A stretch of 63,984 bases of DNA, the filler included, from Guillardia theta CCMP2712 (lineage: Eukaryota > Protista > Cryptophyta), in assembly GCF_000315625.1 (NCBI RefSeq). It is 3 parts of 3 records of this genome, joined end to end, with 100 filler letters (N's around TTAATTAATTAA, not from the genome) between each part and the next. Parts side by side here need not be neighbours in the genome. Positions count along the whole stretch, not along the records: positions 1 to 31,582 come from NW_005434572.1; 2 more parts are not named here. The stretch is one strand, 5' to 3'. The position numbers were made by a program, and so were the translations under genes. The notes under the pieces were generated by a model. It was not told the DNA's origin. It saw only the letters and a list, made by a program, of their open reading frames with translations, and did no database searches. Every line of letters begins with the position of its first letter. The first letter of the stretch is position 1. Of this stretch, positions 14,573-27,072 are shown piece after piece.

Positions 14573-15333
14573 AAGCACTCTCCCTCCCTCCCTCCTCCTC
14601 TCAGCGTCGTCTCACCCCCTGAGCATCGCGATAGAACTCGTTGCGCACGTCGAAGTACTCCGGCCCTCCCGCAAGGTCCCAAAAGTTCGCCTTCACCTGC
14701 ATGGAGGGTGAGGGAGGAAGCAGCAGGGGAGGCCAAGGGGAGCAGGGCGATGGTGGGGAGAATGGAGAAGAGGTTGTGGATAGTAATGGTGATGATGATA
14801 ACAATATGCAGAACGACTAGTCTGCGGTGCTGATTGTGATGCACAAGAAATCTTGAGACAGTGACGTTGTCGATAATGAGATGATAAGAATGGGCAGAGA
14901 AGATAAAATGTCATGATAGGAAACAGATGACGATGCAAAGAGGATTTCCCAGTTGCGCTGGACCTGCTGGTTGCTCACAACGACCGATTTCACGCCGTAG
15001 TCCACGCCGATGGTTGAGATGTATTTGGAGACGAACTGAACGACAGGAAGGCAGAGAGTAAGAGAATTTCAGGGCACAGGGAGGAAGAACATGCACGGGA
15101 AGGAGGGGGGAAGGAGGAGAGGGGAGAGGGGAGGGGAATCGAAAGTAAAGGGAAAATGAGATGCAGGGAGGGCAGGAATGGAGAGGGAAGACTGGGAAGA
15201 TGCTGACCTTCTCCTCGCAGTATCTCTTGATCAGACAGGATTTACCACATCCTGCGTCCCCCATGCTGATGATTTTGATGCGGATAACATTCCTCTTTGG
15301 CGGTTTCGGCACTGTAATGCTAGTTCGCTCCAT
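13715..15333 (-). CDS. RJL-family (DNAJC27/Rbj-like) Ras-superfamily GTPase without a J domain
   Basis: Spliced: IRIKIISMGDAGCGKSCLIKRYCEEK|FVSKYISTIGVDYGVK..|VKANFWDLAGGPEYFDVRNEFYRDAQ|AILVFDV..VCGNK|CD..YFETSAN|SGENVQTCFNDLFTAVVRNLPQR*. KRYCE and VRNEFY are RJL hallmarks; no CAAX motif. Confidence 0.88.
14450..14572 (+). repeat. (CTCCTG)n microsatellite in an RJL intron
   Basis: Hexamer run visible directly. Confidence 0.9.
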
Positions 15334-15375
15334 GTTTCACGGTAGCCTGGATAAGAAAGAGAACGAGCCTGAGTA

Positions 15376-15468
15376 TTCATGAAGAGCATACCAACCCTCC
15401 ATCATGAAGAGCATACCAACCCTCCATCATGAAGGCCATACCAACCCTCCATCACGAAGACCATACCC
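15376..15468. repeat. 25-bp minisatellite (~3.7 copies, ATCATGAAGAGCATACCAACCCTCC)
   Basis: Contiguous, slightly diverging copies about 40 bp upstream of the RJL ATG. Confidence 0.9.
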
Positions 15469-17112
15469 ATTCCTACTGGTAGCGAACACGTTCTTTCTTT
15501 GCATCTTATCACCATCAACCTACTTCCCCGACCTTCCCTGCCACCCGGCTTCTTCGAGAAAGTAATCCTATGTTTCTTCAACTAAGTACAGATCAGTGTA
15601 CGCTCTCCTTTCAACCATCCCTCTCTGGCGCTCTCCCTTCCTGCCTCCACTCCAAGTAATTTCAAACACTCTTATGCTGGTCCTATTGATACAACTTCAC
15701 TTACATCCCTCGTCTAATCTCCTATTGTTCGTACATCTGTGTTGAACACCATGCTTGTTCCTGCCCTATTCGTTCTCGAACTTGATGCCCCACGTATCTT
15801 CATGCACACAATCGTCTCAATGATCGATATCTCTCCTCTCCTTCCCTGTTTCTCTCCCTCTCCCTCTCCCTCTCCTCTTCTTCTTAGCATCTTCCCGCCA
15901 ACGACGTTGATTCCATTGCGCCATCAGTTAAAATTTCACAACGACGACCCCCTTGACCCGATCACCACCCACCCCACCTATTTATCACAATTTCAACGAT
16001 GACCCCCATGACCCGATTACCACCTACCCGTGGTTATGAATCGTAAGACCCATCACCCTGTGCAAGTCAACTATCTTGCAAGAGTACCCATAAAACTACC
16101 AGAAATTCCTCTCATATGTACCCGTCATATGTTGGTAGCTCTAATTATACCTGTGAGTATACCCCTCCCTTCATCAACCCACCCCACAAAATTTCTGATG
16201 ACCCCACCATTGGATCACCCACCCCTGTAGTCTTCTCCAGAGCATGGTGGGGTACTCAAAAGGATTCGGAGGGGGTACTTTGGGTGCAATAACAGTAACG
16301 GATATAACGGAATTCGCCACGCGGCGGCGAGGAGATAAGAGGCAATGCTGGAGGGCAGCCGGAGAAGGCGGGGGATGCTGGGGCGCGAGAGGCGGAAGAT
16401 GGCAGGAAGAAGTACCAGAGGGAGGAGGAGGAGAGACAAGGTTGGATACAGGGAGTGAAGGAAGGAAGGAAGCAAGGAGCCAAGGAAGGAAGCAGCATAC
16501 CAGCGTTGAGGTGGAGGTGGGTAAGGTGATATAGGCTGAACATGAAGGAGGCCATCGAGGTAGGAGGCAGGTCGATGATTGTTTGAGGATTTTCATCTTA
16601 TGAATGGAGAGGGGGAGGGAATGGAGGAAGGTGTCCTGAAGAGACCCAGATGGGCAAACGGAAATGCAGGGCCCAATGGGAAGGGGCACTGAGATGGTGG
16701 TACAGTGAGAGGAAGGGACAAACGAGGCGCACGGAAATGTAGGAGGATTTAGTGAAGATAGAAGAGTTGCAAACATACACAGGAACAATTGAAGAATGAA
16801 GAAGACATGAGATGTCTGGATAGCGTAGTCAACAAAAATGATCCCGGGTGATGGCGAGAACAAGGAGTTCTGGAATCCTTCCACAAAATTATGCATGAGG
16901 GAGGGTAGAATTTTCTTATAACACACTCTGTATTTATGTTGATGTCAGTATCCCGTGAGTTTGCGAGTTGTGATGCTACCATGAAATACATGATTGAATT
17001 TACAAAGTTCTTGTTCTGTATCTTACTCTACGTGCCGTCTAGGTGCAGCTTGAAGTCTCGCTTCTAGCTTTATCGAACCTCTTGGAACCAATTTCGGATT
17101 GCCAAGTGCACG

Positions 17113-18676
17113 ATGGTCGTCCTGTCCGCATCCTTGACCTCCAAGACGGGCAAGCCGCTGGTTGCTCGCCAATTCGTCGAAATGAACAGAATCCGTATTG
17201 AAGGACTCCTTGCTGGGTTTTCGAAGCTCGTCGACACCAAAAACCAGCATACATATGTGGAAACAGAGGTTGTGCGATATGTCTATCAGCCTATGGAAGA
17301 GCTTTATCTATTGCTCATCACCAACAAGTCTAGTAATATCATAGAGGATCTGGAAACATTGAGGTTGCTTGCAAAGCTGGTAACAGTCTTTATCCACGTA
17401 TGTGCTCCTGACTTGTTGTGGGCAGGTCCCGGAATTTTGTCCAAGTCTTGACGAGGAGGGAGTGAAAGAGCACTGCTTCGAGCTGATCCTCGCATTCGAT
17501 GAAGTTCTGGCGATGGGCCACCGTGAAACAATTAACCTCCAGCAAGTGAAAACTGCCCTGGAAATGGAGAGCCACGAGGAGAAGCTCCACAACATGATCA
17601 GGCAGAGCAAGATCAATGAGGCCAAGGAGGAGGCCAAGAAGAAGGCCGCGGCCATTGACTCACAGAAGAAAGGCAAGATGGGTGGAATCTCAGGCATGAG
17701 CAGCAGTGGAATCGCCTCTGCCTTTGCGGACGACGATCGCCGTCCCATGTACGATGCACAGGTCATGTCCACCAACGAGCCTGTGCGCAAGACCGGGCCC
17801 CCGAAGGGAAAAGGAATGCAGCTCGGCAGCAAGACGAAGCAGTCCAACGACGTGCTCAAGGCTCTTGAAGCTGAGGATGAACTCATGGGGATGGTCTCGA
17901 AGGCTTCAGCTCCTTCTGCCCAAAGTGGCGGCAGGCAGGCCAGCGCTCCGTCTGCTCTGCAGAGCGTCACCCTCAAGATCGAGGAGAAACTGCTCGTGCG
18001 CCTCACCCGTGACGGGACGTTGGAGAACTTGGAGGTTCGTGGAGAGCTCAAGATGTGTGTCAACGATCCGGAGGCTGCGTACACGAGGGTCCAGGTAACG
18101 CACAAGGCGTCTTCTGCATTCCAGTTCAAGACTCACCCTAACATCAACCGCGGACTGTGGACGGAAGAGAGCGTCCTCTCCCACCGAGACCAGGCCAAGA
18201 GCTTCCCTGTTGGGAACGAGCTGGGAGTGCTCAAGTGGCGGCTGCCGTCAGGATCCGAGTCCATGCTCCCCATCTCCGTGAGCTGCTGGCCATCTGCCGT
18301 TGGTAACAACGTGACTGTCAACCTCGAGTACGAAAGCGCCTCCCATCTGGAAGTGTCAAACCTCAGGATCGTCGTCCCCTGCCCCTCTCAAGCGACAATA
18401 TCAGACGTGGCTGAAGGAGACGCGAGGTACTTGAGCAAGAACGGGACTGTCGAGTGGAGGGTGGAGCTGGTGGACGACTCGAATCGGAGCGGCTCGCTCG
18501 AGTTTAGCGTCAACGACTGCGACCCTGAGTCGTTGTTCCCGATCCAAGTCACTTTTGTCTGCAAGGGTAACTTGGCGGAGATGTCCATTGCAGGAGTGAG
18601 CGACGCGAGATCGGGGAAGGCTCTCACGTTTTCAGGAGATCCTCTGCTGGAGGTGGAAGAGTATCAGATCCAGTGA
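17113..18676 (+). CDS. ARCN1: Coatomer subunit delta (delta-COP)
   Basis: [72 protein letters not shown] and a mu-homology C-terminus. One 46-nt intron at 17380-17425. Confidence 0.97.
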
Positions 18677-19145
18677 TTGATACAGGCAATGAAGAAAGAT
18701 CATTTTTTCACTCAGTGGCGCGCGATGTCTTCACAGAGTCACGCCCGGCCCTCCGGCCAGGCGGCTGAGTGCACTCATCATCCTATCTCCCCCTATCGGA
18801 CAAGGTGTTCCGAGACAAACTATAGCCTGTATTGTCCGATCCGAGTGTTGTGCGGCCGAACACTCAGTGATGGAATCTGCCACCCTGGCGTCACTGAGTC
18901 ACACCGGATTCAATGATGATGATCAGCGGATGTTCGCGCGTCGGATCCGTCATCACAGAGTCCGACTCTTTGACTCAGCCAGCGAGTCCGACGGTCATCA
19001 TCGGTCATCATCGGATCCCCACTGCCACAAACAGGTGACGGCCCCGAGACTGACCGTACTCAGTCTCCGGGCATCGGATGCCCCGGCCCGGAGAGATTAT
19101 GCTATATATACCCTGACACACGCCAAATGGACATCCAGGGAGCGA

Positions 19146-19217
19146 TCCTCAATCGTCTAGCGGTTAGGATACCAGGTTCTCACCCTGGAGACCGGGGTTC
19201 GATTCCCCGTTGAGGAA
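19146..19217 (+). tRNA. tRNA-Glu (anticodon CTC)
   Basis: Acceptor stem TCCTCAA/TTGAGGA, anticodon arm CCAGG-TT-CTC-AC-CCTGG, T-loop GTTCGATTC. TATATATA at 19103-19110 and a T-run at 19258-19262. Confidence 0.95.
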
Positions 19218-21132
19218 GTCTCCACCTCTACAACAGAAAGAGAGTCTCCCGGATATCTTTTTAACCTGTCATACTACTCCTGCCCTCTTTTTAAAACTGA
19301 GGTTACTACTTCGCCGTATGTCAGCGCAAAATAGAATTTTTAGTTTTGTACTGGATGTCATGGTGCTTCAGTACTACAACATGTCACTTTATTATGTGCA
19401 TGTTTTAAGAATTTTAAAATCTGAAGGGAGGAGCAGATTTACAGAGAAATATGTTTTACAGATACGTATCTCAGTACCAGTTTTCCAATGAAAAATATCT
19501 TTTTCAATGTTTATAACCTTGCGCCTTATAGTCATCGCCTTTACGTCGTAACAGATCCATTTGGCGAGCAGCCCACCCTTCCCCAAACATCTTGTACCCC
19601 TACCTCACCGCGTAAATTACCCCACCAAATGATACTTTCCCTACACCCCTTGCAGAGGAATTGTGTGATACCTCAAAAATGATTTTACATGTTCCCATCG
19701 CTCCACCCTACCCCCATCTGCTCCCTGGTTCACCAGCCGCTACGTATGGCCCCAGGCAACGTGGGTCCGGGTCAATGACCGGTGATGTCATAGAGCTCTT
19801 CGGTCATTGTGGTGATACCCACCAGTATCCCCAGGGCCAACGTAAGAAATTGTGTTGGGGAGCTTGAGGGGTAGGGTGGTTTCTTTGTGGATCTGTTTGT
19901 TTGTAACCCAGCGCTACAAATCAAAAACTTCATAAAATAGATTTTCGTCAATCTCTTGGTATCTCTCGGCTGCACAAATATTTGTAGGGATTTATTTCTA
20001 TATTATTTTTTGTTTAAAAACTTGTAGGGGTTGCAAGGCTTGTAGTCAAAAATTGTTGCTTTTTTCTCAAGTACGGGTGTATTATACTGATGAAGTACCC
20101 CCTTCAAAGAGAAAAGATTAATTATAAGCCTTACATGTCCATAGTCAACCCGATCTACACCCATGGAACCCCCTTGCAACAAATCCGACTTTTCACTACC
20201 GGTACTCTTTACCTTCAAATCCAGGCCGGAAGAAGGGTAGGTTGCGTGCAGTGATAAAGTCCAGCCAGATTGGTATGAAACGGGTGGGTACTGTATCACA
20301 TTAGCGGCTGGTGATGATGTCAAAGTTGGCGTATGCTCCATTCCATGGTCAGTCTGGGGGTCTGAGAATCAATCGAATTGGAGCTCAAGTTGTTGTCTAG
20401 TTTGGTTTTACGATATCCTTCTATAGCAAATATCATAATAAATTCAATCAAAGTGAGTACTTGATTCATGTCATCATAGTACCCCCTCCTTTCTGAAAGG
20501 ATCCTAATCAGAACTCTGCCATTATCCATTGCGTAAATTGTACCCCCATCCCCCCTACCCTATCAGCCAACGACCCACCACCCCTTTCTTTGTGCTGTGT
20601 ACCACCCCTCATCACCAACACCCCAAACTCTGAGCGAACGCCACCCGGTGACCCCATGGATCCTGCAGCCCTGGACCCTACCTTCATGACCCATGTTTAT
20701 CTGACCCCCACCCCCTTCATAAGGCGTTCCGTCAAGGTTTTCCTCAGTAACGAATTGCCTAGTTCACCCCTACCCACGTTCCACACAAGAATTCTCTTGC
20801 AACCCCACCCCCTCGAAACAGGCAGATTGCCACCGGTATTTCATAGTACCCCTGCGGGGAATACCCCCACCCCCCTCCTCCCAGTTCCGCCCATTCCTCT
20901 CCTCCTCTGCCCCACTCACTTACTCTCCTCCTTGTTCCCCTTTCCTCCCTCCTTCCACTTTCTCCTTCTGTTGGAGACTTCCTCCTCCAAACTCCGCATA
21001 GTGCTTACCTGCTCTTCCTCTTCCACTCGCCCTCCCTTCGTCTGCTGAAGGCTGCGCCCGAAAGTTTGTCCTCCCGTCGTCATCGTTCGATCCGCCTCCT
21101 CCCTGCGTGGAAGGTTGATTATCAACGGCACT

Positions 21133-23762
21133 ATGAACAGTTACATTCGCGTGTCCCTGGCTGTTCTCCTGGTGGCACTTGCCCCAGTTCACTCCCTTTT
21201 CCACCCCGGAGTGAACACCATCACCCCCGATGCTCCGAAGCTGAGGAGCCTGGGTGCCCAACAGGGGATTCTGCGTTCCGTTGCTGGGTCGCAGAATTTG
21301 AAGTCTCAGGTAAATAGGGCCATGCTCGCTCGCATTGCTATCGATCTTGTCACTAGATGCTCGCTTGCTTCGCCTCGGAACTTGTTGTGTCTGTATTTGT
21401 TGGCTGTGTTTGTTGACACTCGATCTTGTTAGGATTCCTTGAGGTTGAAAGGAGGAGTTACCTCGATCCTCAAGTCTTTGAAGGATGCTCTCTTCCCGGT
21501 CGAGACCTGGTCTGTTATGTGACCTTTTGAATGACAATGTCTGACTCGAAGGATCAGGGAAATGCCCAAGTTCTTCTCGATGTCTGCTATGATGTTCATG
21601 ATCATCTACATCTACACCACTGTGCGTGACACCAAGGACACCCTGGTCGTGTCTACATGCGGAGCTGAGAGCATCACGTTCCTCAAGGTGAATGAAATGT
21701 TTGATATGGCACAGCACCCTGATTTAATGGTGGGGTTGAATTCAAACAGGTTTATGGTGTTCTCCCAGCCGCCACCATGTTCATGCTCTACTACTCTCGC
21801 ATCTCGAACATCTTCTCGAAGAAGGCTCTTTTCTACGTGACGGCACTTCCTTTTATGGTGATTGTAAAGCTTCACTGTTACTTGCTCTCAGGCTGGTTGT
21901 GTAGGCGTTCTATGCTGTCTTCGCGTACTTCATCTACCCCAATAGGGAAATCTTGCACCCCCCAATCCCTCAGGATCTCGACGAGCGTTGGAAGGTATGG
22001 ATCAGTACTTGAAAGTTATCTTGGTATCTCAGCATCGATTCAGTATGCCGTCTCTCTCCTTTCCAACTGGAGCTACTCCCTCTTCTACGTCGTCTCAGAA
22101 TTGTGGGGATCTGTTGGAGTTTCTGTGCTCTTCTGGCAGCTTGCCAACGACATCATTCCCGTCTGGCAGGTGAAAGCTGCACTAAAATACTGAGTCTGCT
22201 TCTTTGACTTCCCTGTGTACAGGCTAACAGGTTCTACCCTCTCTTTGGACAGCTTGCCAACATCGCACCAATCTGTGCTGGACAGGTGCCATTCTTGATT
22301 CTGTCGCTTAGTAATCGGCGTCTAAAGCTTGACCTCAACAGACTGTTGCATACTTTGCTCACCTTTCCGACAAAGGAGACGATGCCTTTGGCGTTGCTCT
22401 TCAGGTAGCTTAAACTTTGATATTTTCAAACACTTGTGAGTATCTGGGCAGCAAACTACCGTTCTTATTCTTGCGGCGGGAGCTTGCTTGATGCTCTTGT
22501 ACCATTACATTGGCGTGCTGGATGAGCGTGATGAGAAGTTGGGCCGCAAGGTAGAATATTTTCTCTCGTCGAGCTAGATCGAAAATTTTCTTACCCAAGG
22601 CTCTGATAGGGAGAGAACACTGTCAAGGCCAAGAAGTCCAAGCCAAAAATGGGGATGGTTGACAGCTTTAAGGTGCTTCACGAAAAAAGTGTGTGCATGC
22701 TCAGTCTGATACCTGGATCCCTTTAGTTCCTTCTTCAACAGAAGTATCTCGGATATCTGTGCATCCTCGTTGTCAGCTACGGTCTCTCGATCAACCTCAC
22801 CGAAGTTATCTGGAAGAAGATGGTGAAGCAAGCTCATCCCAACAAGAAGGACTATCAGGTCCGCAAGTTGGATGGTCAATAGGAAACCTAAATTATTTGC
22901 AGATCTTCATGGGCCATTACTCATCGATGGTTGGCGCTGCTACTTTCATTATCATCTTCTTCGGTTCCAACATCGTGAAGCACTTGGGGTGGAGGGTGAG
23001 ATTTGTGCAGTCAAGAAGCCATACTCTTTACTTACATTTCACCGTTCTAGATTGGGGCCTTGACCACTCCAGTATTGATGGGTGGCTTGGCAGCACCATT
23101 CTTTGCCTACGTCATCACTCAGGTTGATGTCATGTAAGGATGAAGCTCCCGAAACCGAGTATTCTTTTTAGGATGTCAGAACAAATGAGAAGGCTTTGTG
23201 GACAGCGGTGTATGTCGGCATGGTCCAGAACATTCTCTCCAAGGCAATCAAGTACGCCTTGTTCGACCCGACCAAGGAGATGGCATACATTCCCCTTGAC
23301 CAGGAGTCTAAGGTGACCGATTCGTTCTGGGTTTGCGCATGCTCAAAGTGAGACAGGTGAAAGGAAAAGCCGCTATCGACGTTCTTGCTGCACGTATTGG
23401 CAAGTCTGGAGGAGCTTTAGTTCAACAGGTTCGTTTGCATTGGTAGAAAGCATGTTTCGTGACTACTCCTTCGTGAAGGCTATTGTCATCATCTTCGGTA
23501 ACATCATCAATGGTGCCAGCTCTGTTGCAGCTGTATTCTTCGGTAAGTGCATTGTTTGGATATCTGTTCTTTCTTGGTCGTAACTTGTCTCGGTTGCAGC
23601 TACCATTGCTGTTTGGATCTATGGTGTTATGGGACTTGCTACGATGTTTGAGGAGAAGGTGCTTGAATGCTTTGTGAATATCTTGGATGCTGACACATTC
23701 CAAAGCTCAAGGAGGGCAAGAAGAATGAGTCCAAGGATGGCAAGGACAACAAGAAGAAGTGA
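21133..23762 (+). CDS. ATP/ADP (nucleotide) transporter, TLC/NTT family, with a bipartite leader; many ~50-nt introns
   Basis: Motifs [89 protein letters not shown]-terminal signal peptide; ends ..DNKKK*. Confidence 0.95.
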
Positions 23763-23898
23763 ATGGGGAGACAGTGGGGATGGCCCTCTCCTCCGCTTAA
23801 ATGAATTTTTAGAGACCAACTCAGCGAACAAAAAGAATTCAACTCTTGAATCAGGACTCCGAATGTGGCATTCACCTGCCTCTTCTATCCTGCTTGGC

Positions 23899-25178
23899 TT
23901 ACTCAGGCTGCGCGGCCTCAAGCTTAAGAGGATGGCGCACCAGGACGACCTTCCTGAGGCTCACGCAGGGCTGAGTGTAAGGCTGCGACGTGCGCAGGCT
24001 CTCCAGGTGCTCGAATCCAGGAGGAAGCGTCCCTCCTCCAAACACCATCCTCTGTCCGGGAAGCATGTCATCTCTCCCCTTGCTCGTTGTAGTCGTCTTC
24101 TTGGACGACTTGTCCCTCTTGTAGTCGAAGGGCAACTCTTGGAACGGCGCAGACACAACATTCCAGGACTTGGACTCAGACGAGGTCAAAGAGATTTCAA
24201 CCCTGGACCCCTGAGGTCCTTGGATCATCGATACGATCTCGCTAACAGACTTTCCGACGATGCTGTAGCCGTTCACCTTGACCAATATATCGCCGACTCT
24301 CACTCGCCCTGACGCAGCGGCTGGACTGCCAGGAACGACCTTGGTAATCTTGTTCTCCCCCTTTGCGTCCTGTGTGAATAAGATGCCCACCCCACACACT
24401 TGGTTCTGTGCCGATGTGCTCTGGTTAAGAGGAGAGCTGTTGGCCTGCGCTGGTTGTGGTTGTTGAAGGGAGTTGCTTGCTATAGGCGTCTGCCAAAAAA
24501 ACCATTAGATGACGCATGTTTGAAGTGGAAATGGGTGGATTCTCAAAGGTCAAGAGAAAGTCAGCATAGGACGCACGAGCGTAACACGACGAGAAGGGAA
24601 GGAAAGGTTGATTGTCGCAATGGGATATAATGAGTGTAATACAAACCAACTCAAACACGTAGTATTGAACTCAATATCGAGTTAAAGATGTACAAAAAGG
24701 TGAAAATGCGGGACTAAATGGATAGGACTTGGCAGAAAGGAAATGAAATAGAATCTCGGCAATTGAGATGCTAATGAGATGATGAAAATTACAATGTTGG
24801 CATGCCACAGGGGAGAGGACAAGACAATGCACTTGAGATCACCTGTTGCGGCAGAGAGTGACGGGCTGGCCTGGTCCCGCCAGGTTCAGCCACGCTAGGC
24901 TGTGAGGCGACAGGAACATCATTGGCTGAAGGACGTGGGGGGACGGAGGAAGGTGACGGGGACATTCCGTCGCTGGGACCTTGTTCCGAAGGCGGGGTAG
25001 GGGCAGGAGGAGCAGGAGCAGACGAGATGGAGGACGGGGAAGAAAGGTTTGGGTGAGGGGATCCACTAGCAAGACGAGAGGAAGGAGAGGGAGAGGGAGA
25101 GACAGGAGCTGGTCCCGGCGAGCCCCCGCCAGCCCCATTGCGGAGGGAGGGAAGCTTGTAGCCCCCACGCGCCGCCAT
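23899..25178 (-). CDS. PDZ-domain protein with a Pro/Ser-rich N-terminus (3' end uncertain)
   Basis: CGVGILF..ITKVVPGSPAAASGRVRVGDILVKVNG..IQGPQGSRVEI is a PDZ domain. Upstream exon from ATG 25178. Confidence 0.8.
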
Positions 25179-27072
25179 CGCTTGAAAAAGCTCCACGTCT
25201 CAGTCCCAGTGGGGGTTGTAATTTTCCATCCACTTGGTAAGATTATTTCAAATTGTATTATTTATTTTGAAAATAAAGATGAGGGTATTTTTCACCCTCC
25301 ACATGAATCTTGATCAGTCAACAGACTCAGAATTGGAATGAGGGTTGTTCCGAAGGAAGGGGTGGTTGGGTAGACGGAGTAGGGGGTAGGGTACATGTTG
25401 AGGAGCTTGGTATGACCAACTATGAAATAATGGCTGTAGGACGTCCTATCATGACGGGATGACTGGTGTAGGTTGTGATAGGGTAGGGTCATATACCCCA
25501 CCCACTTTGTAAGGGTAAAGGATGGGGTAATATTAGTGATATCTTGCATGGCACCAGCTACCACCACCACCCCTTAGACGATTGACCCCACCCTATTCAT
25601 TTACTATCAACAGCTACTGCATCAGACCGGTACTGAGATGTCAAGACTGACTGCGAAAGGTGAACCTTCCTTTCTCATACCCCTGGTCTTCCCTTGAATT
25701 CACCCCACCCTGTGAGCTGGGTCTCACCCCCCTCTTCAATCTCAGACCACCCCTCAATTTGAAGGATTTTGTACCCCCTCAACGTCCACCTTGATCACCC
25801 CCTATTCGCACCTCAAATACCACCTATCCCAGATACATCTTTTAGACCCCCCACCCAACCACCCCCCCTAGTATTCTTTATCCGCCCAGAGCCCCATTCC
25901 ACAGCTATGTACCCGTGCTCATTACCCAGATTGCCTCTTGAAAGGCCGGGTACATGAAACTACCCTACCCCATAGAGACTAATGTTATGTGGGGACCGTG
26001 GAGCACTGGAGCTCTGGGGTTATAGTCAAGCAATGTTGAATTGAATCAAACTAAATCATCTGATTCCCCTGGTTTGACCAATTAAATCAATTGTTGAATG
26101 CGAGTGCTTCTGAATGAAACCGATTTTGAGTTGCAGGTATCCACCACCCACCCCTCAATCCCATGTTGTCTTGGTTTGTCCTACCTCAGCAAAGAAGTCC
26201 CACAAAACTCTACCCACCCACCTCCTACCTACCCTCAATTTCACCACCCACCACCCCTACTCCCTCTTATTTTCTTTACTCGTCCACCCCCGTCCTCGAT
26301 GCCAACAAAGTGTGAATGACCCCTACCCCCACATTCGTCCTCCTAGCCCCCAAACCACCCCTCATCAATAGGTCCTACCCTCCTCTATCCACAGGTTACC
26401 CCACCCTTTCTTTGTGGACTTTTACCTTCACTATATCCATGCTGGGCTGACCTGGCGCCTCTCGACCATGGCGGGAAAAATTACGATGGAGGGGAAGAGG
26501 CGTTTTCGCGGCATGCTCCTCCGCGTTGGCACTTACATCATGGATTGTTCGCACGATCATGCTCTGCCGCTCTTGCTGCCCTCCTACTTCCTCTTCATGC
26601 TGTCCTCGGAAAGCAAAAGCTTTCTTTGTGCTCACTTCACTTCAAAACGCTGTTTGCAATGCTGGAATCCCCTCCTCCCCCCCCTCCCCTCCTTGTTCTC
26701 TTACTCATACCTCCATCAGCTAAATATTGAATCTCATGTCATGATTTTGTCAGTCAAACATGCCCTTCCTTAGAAGTCACATGCCTATCTTCCCGTTGTT
26801 GACCTGGGTGAAACCGTGGGTTGTTTTATTGAGGTCGCATCAATCATTGCTTGCTAAAGACACGAGCAAATATGATGATATTTCATCGTACAAGTCACGT
26901 GTCTTGACAGTGAGCAATCATGCAACATAGAGTGTTGATAGGGTTACTCTCTCATGTTCCCTCTCACCCCTCTGACGATTCCCTTTTGCGAAGTCGGTCA
27001 GCCAGTCGCCTTCTGACAGTTGGAGCTAGTTGAGTCGCGCACTCAAAATTGACGTCGGCGAGAGTGACGAGC

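Noticed and set aside
16174-16926. 250-aa minus-strand ORF, or a small spliced + strand gene
   Set aside because: Low-complexity translation; no phase-consistent exon chain could be assembled.
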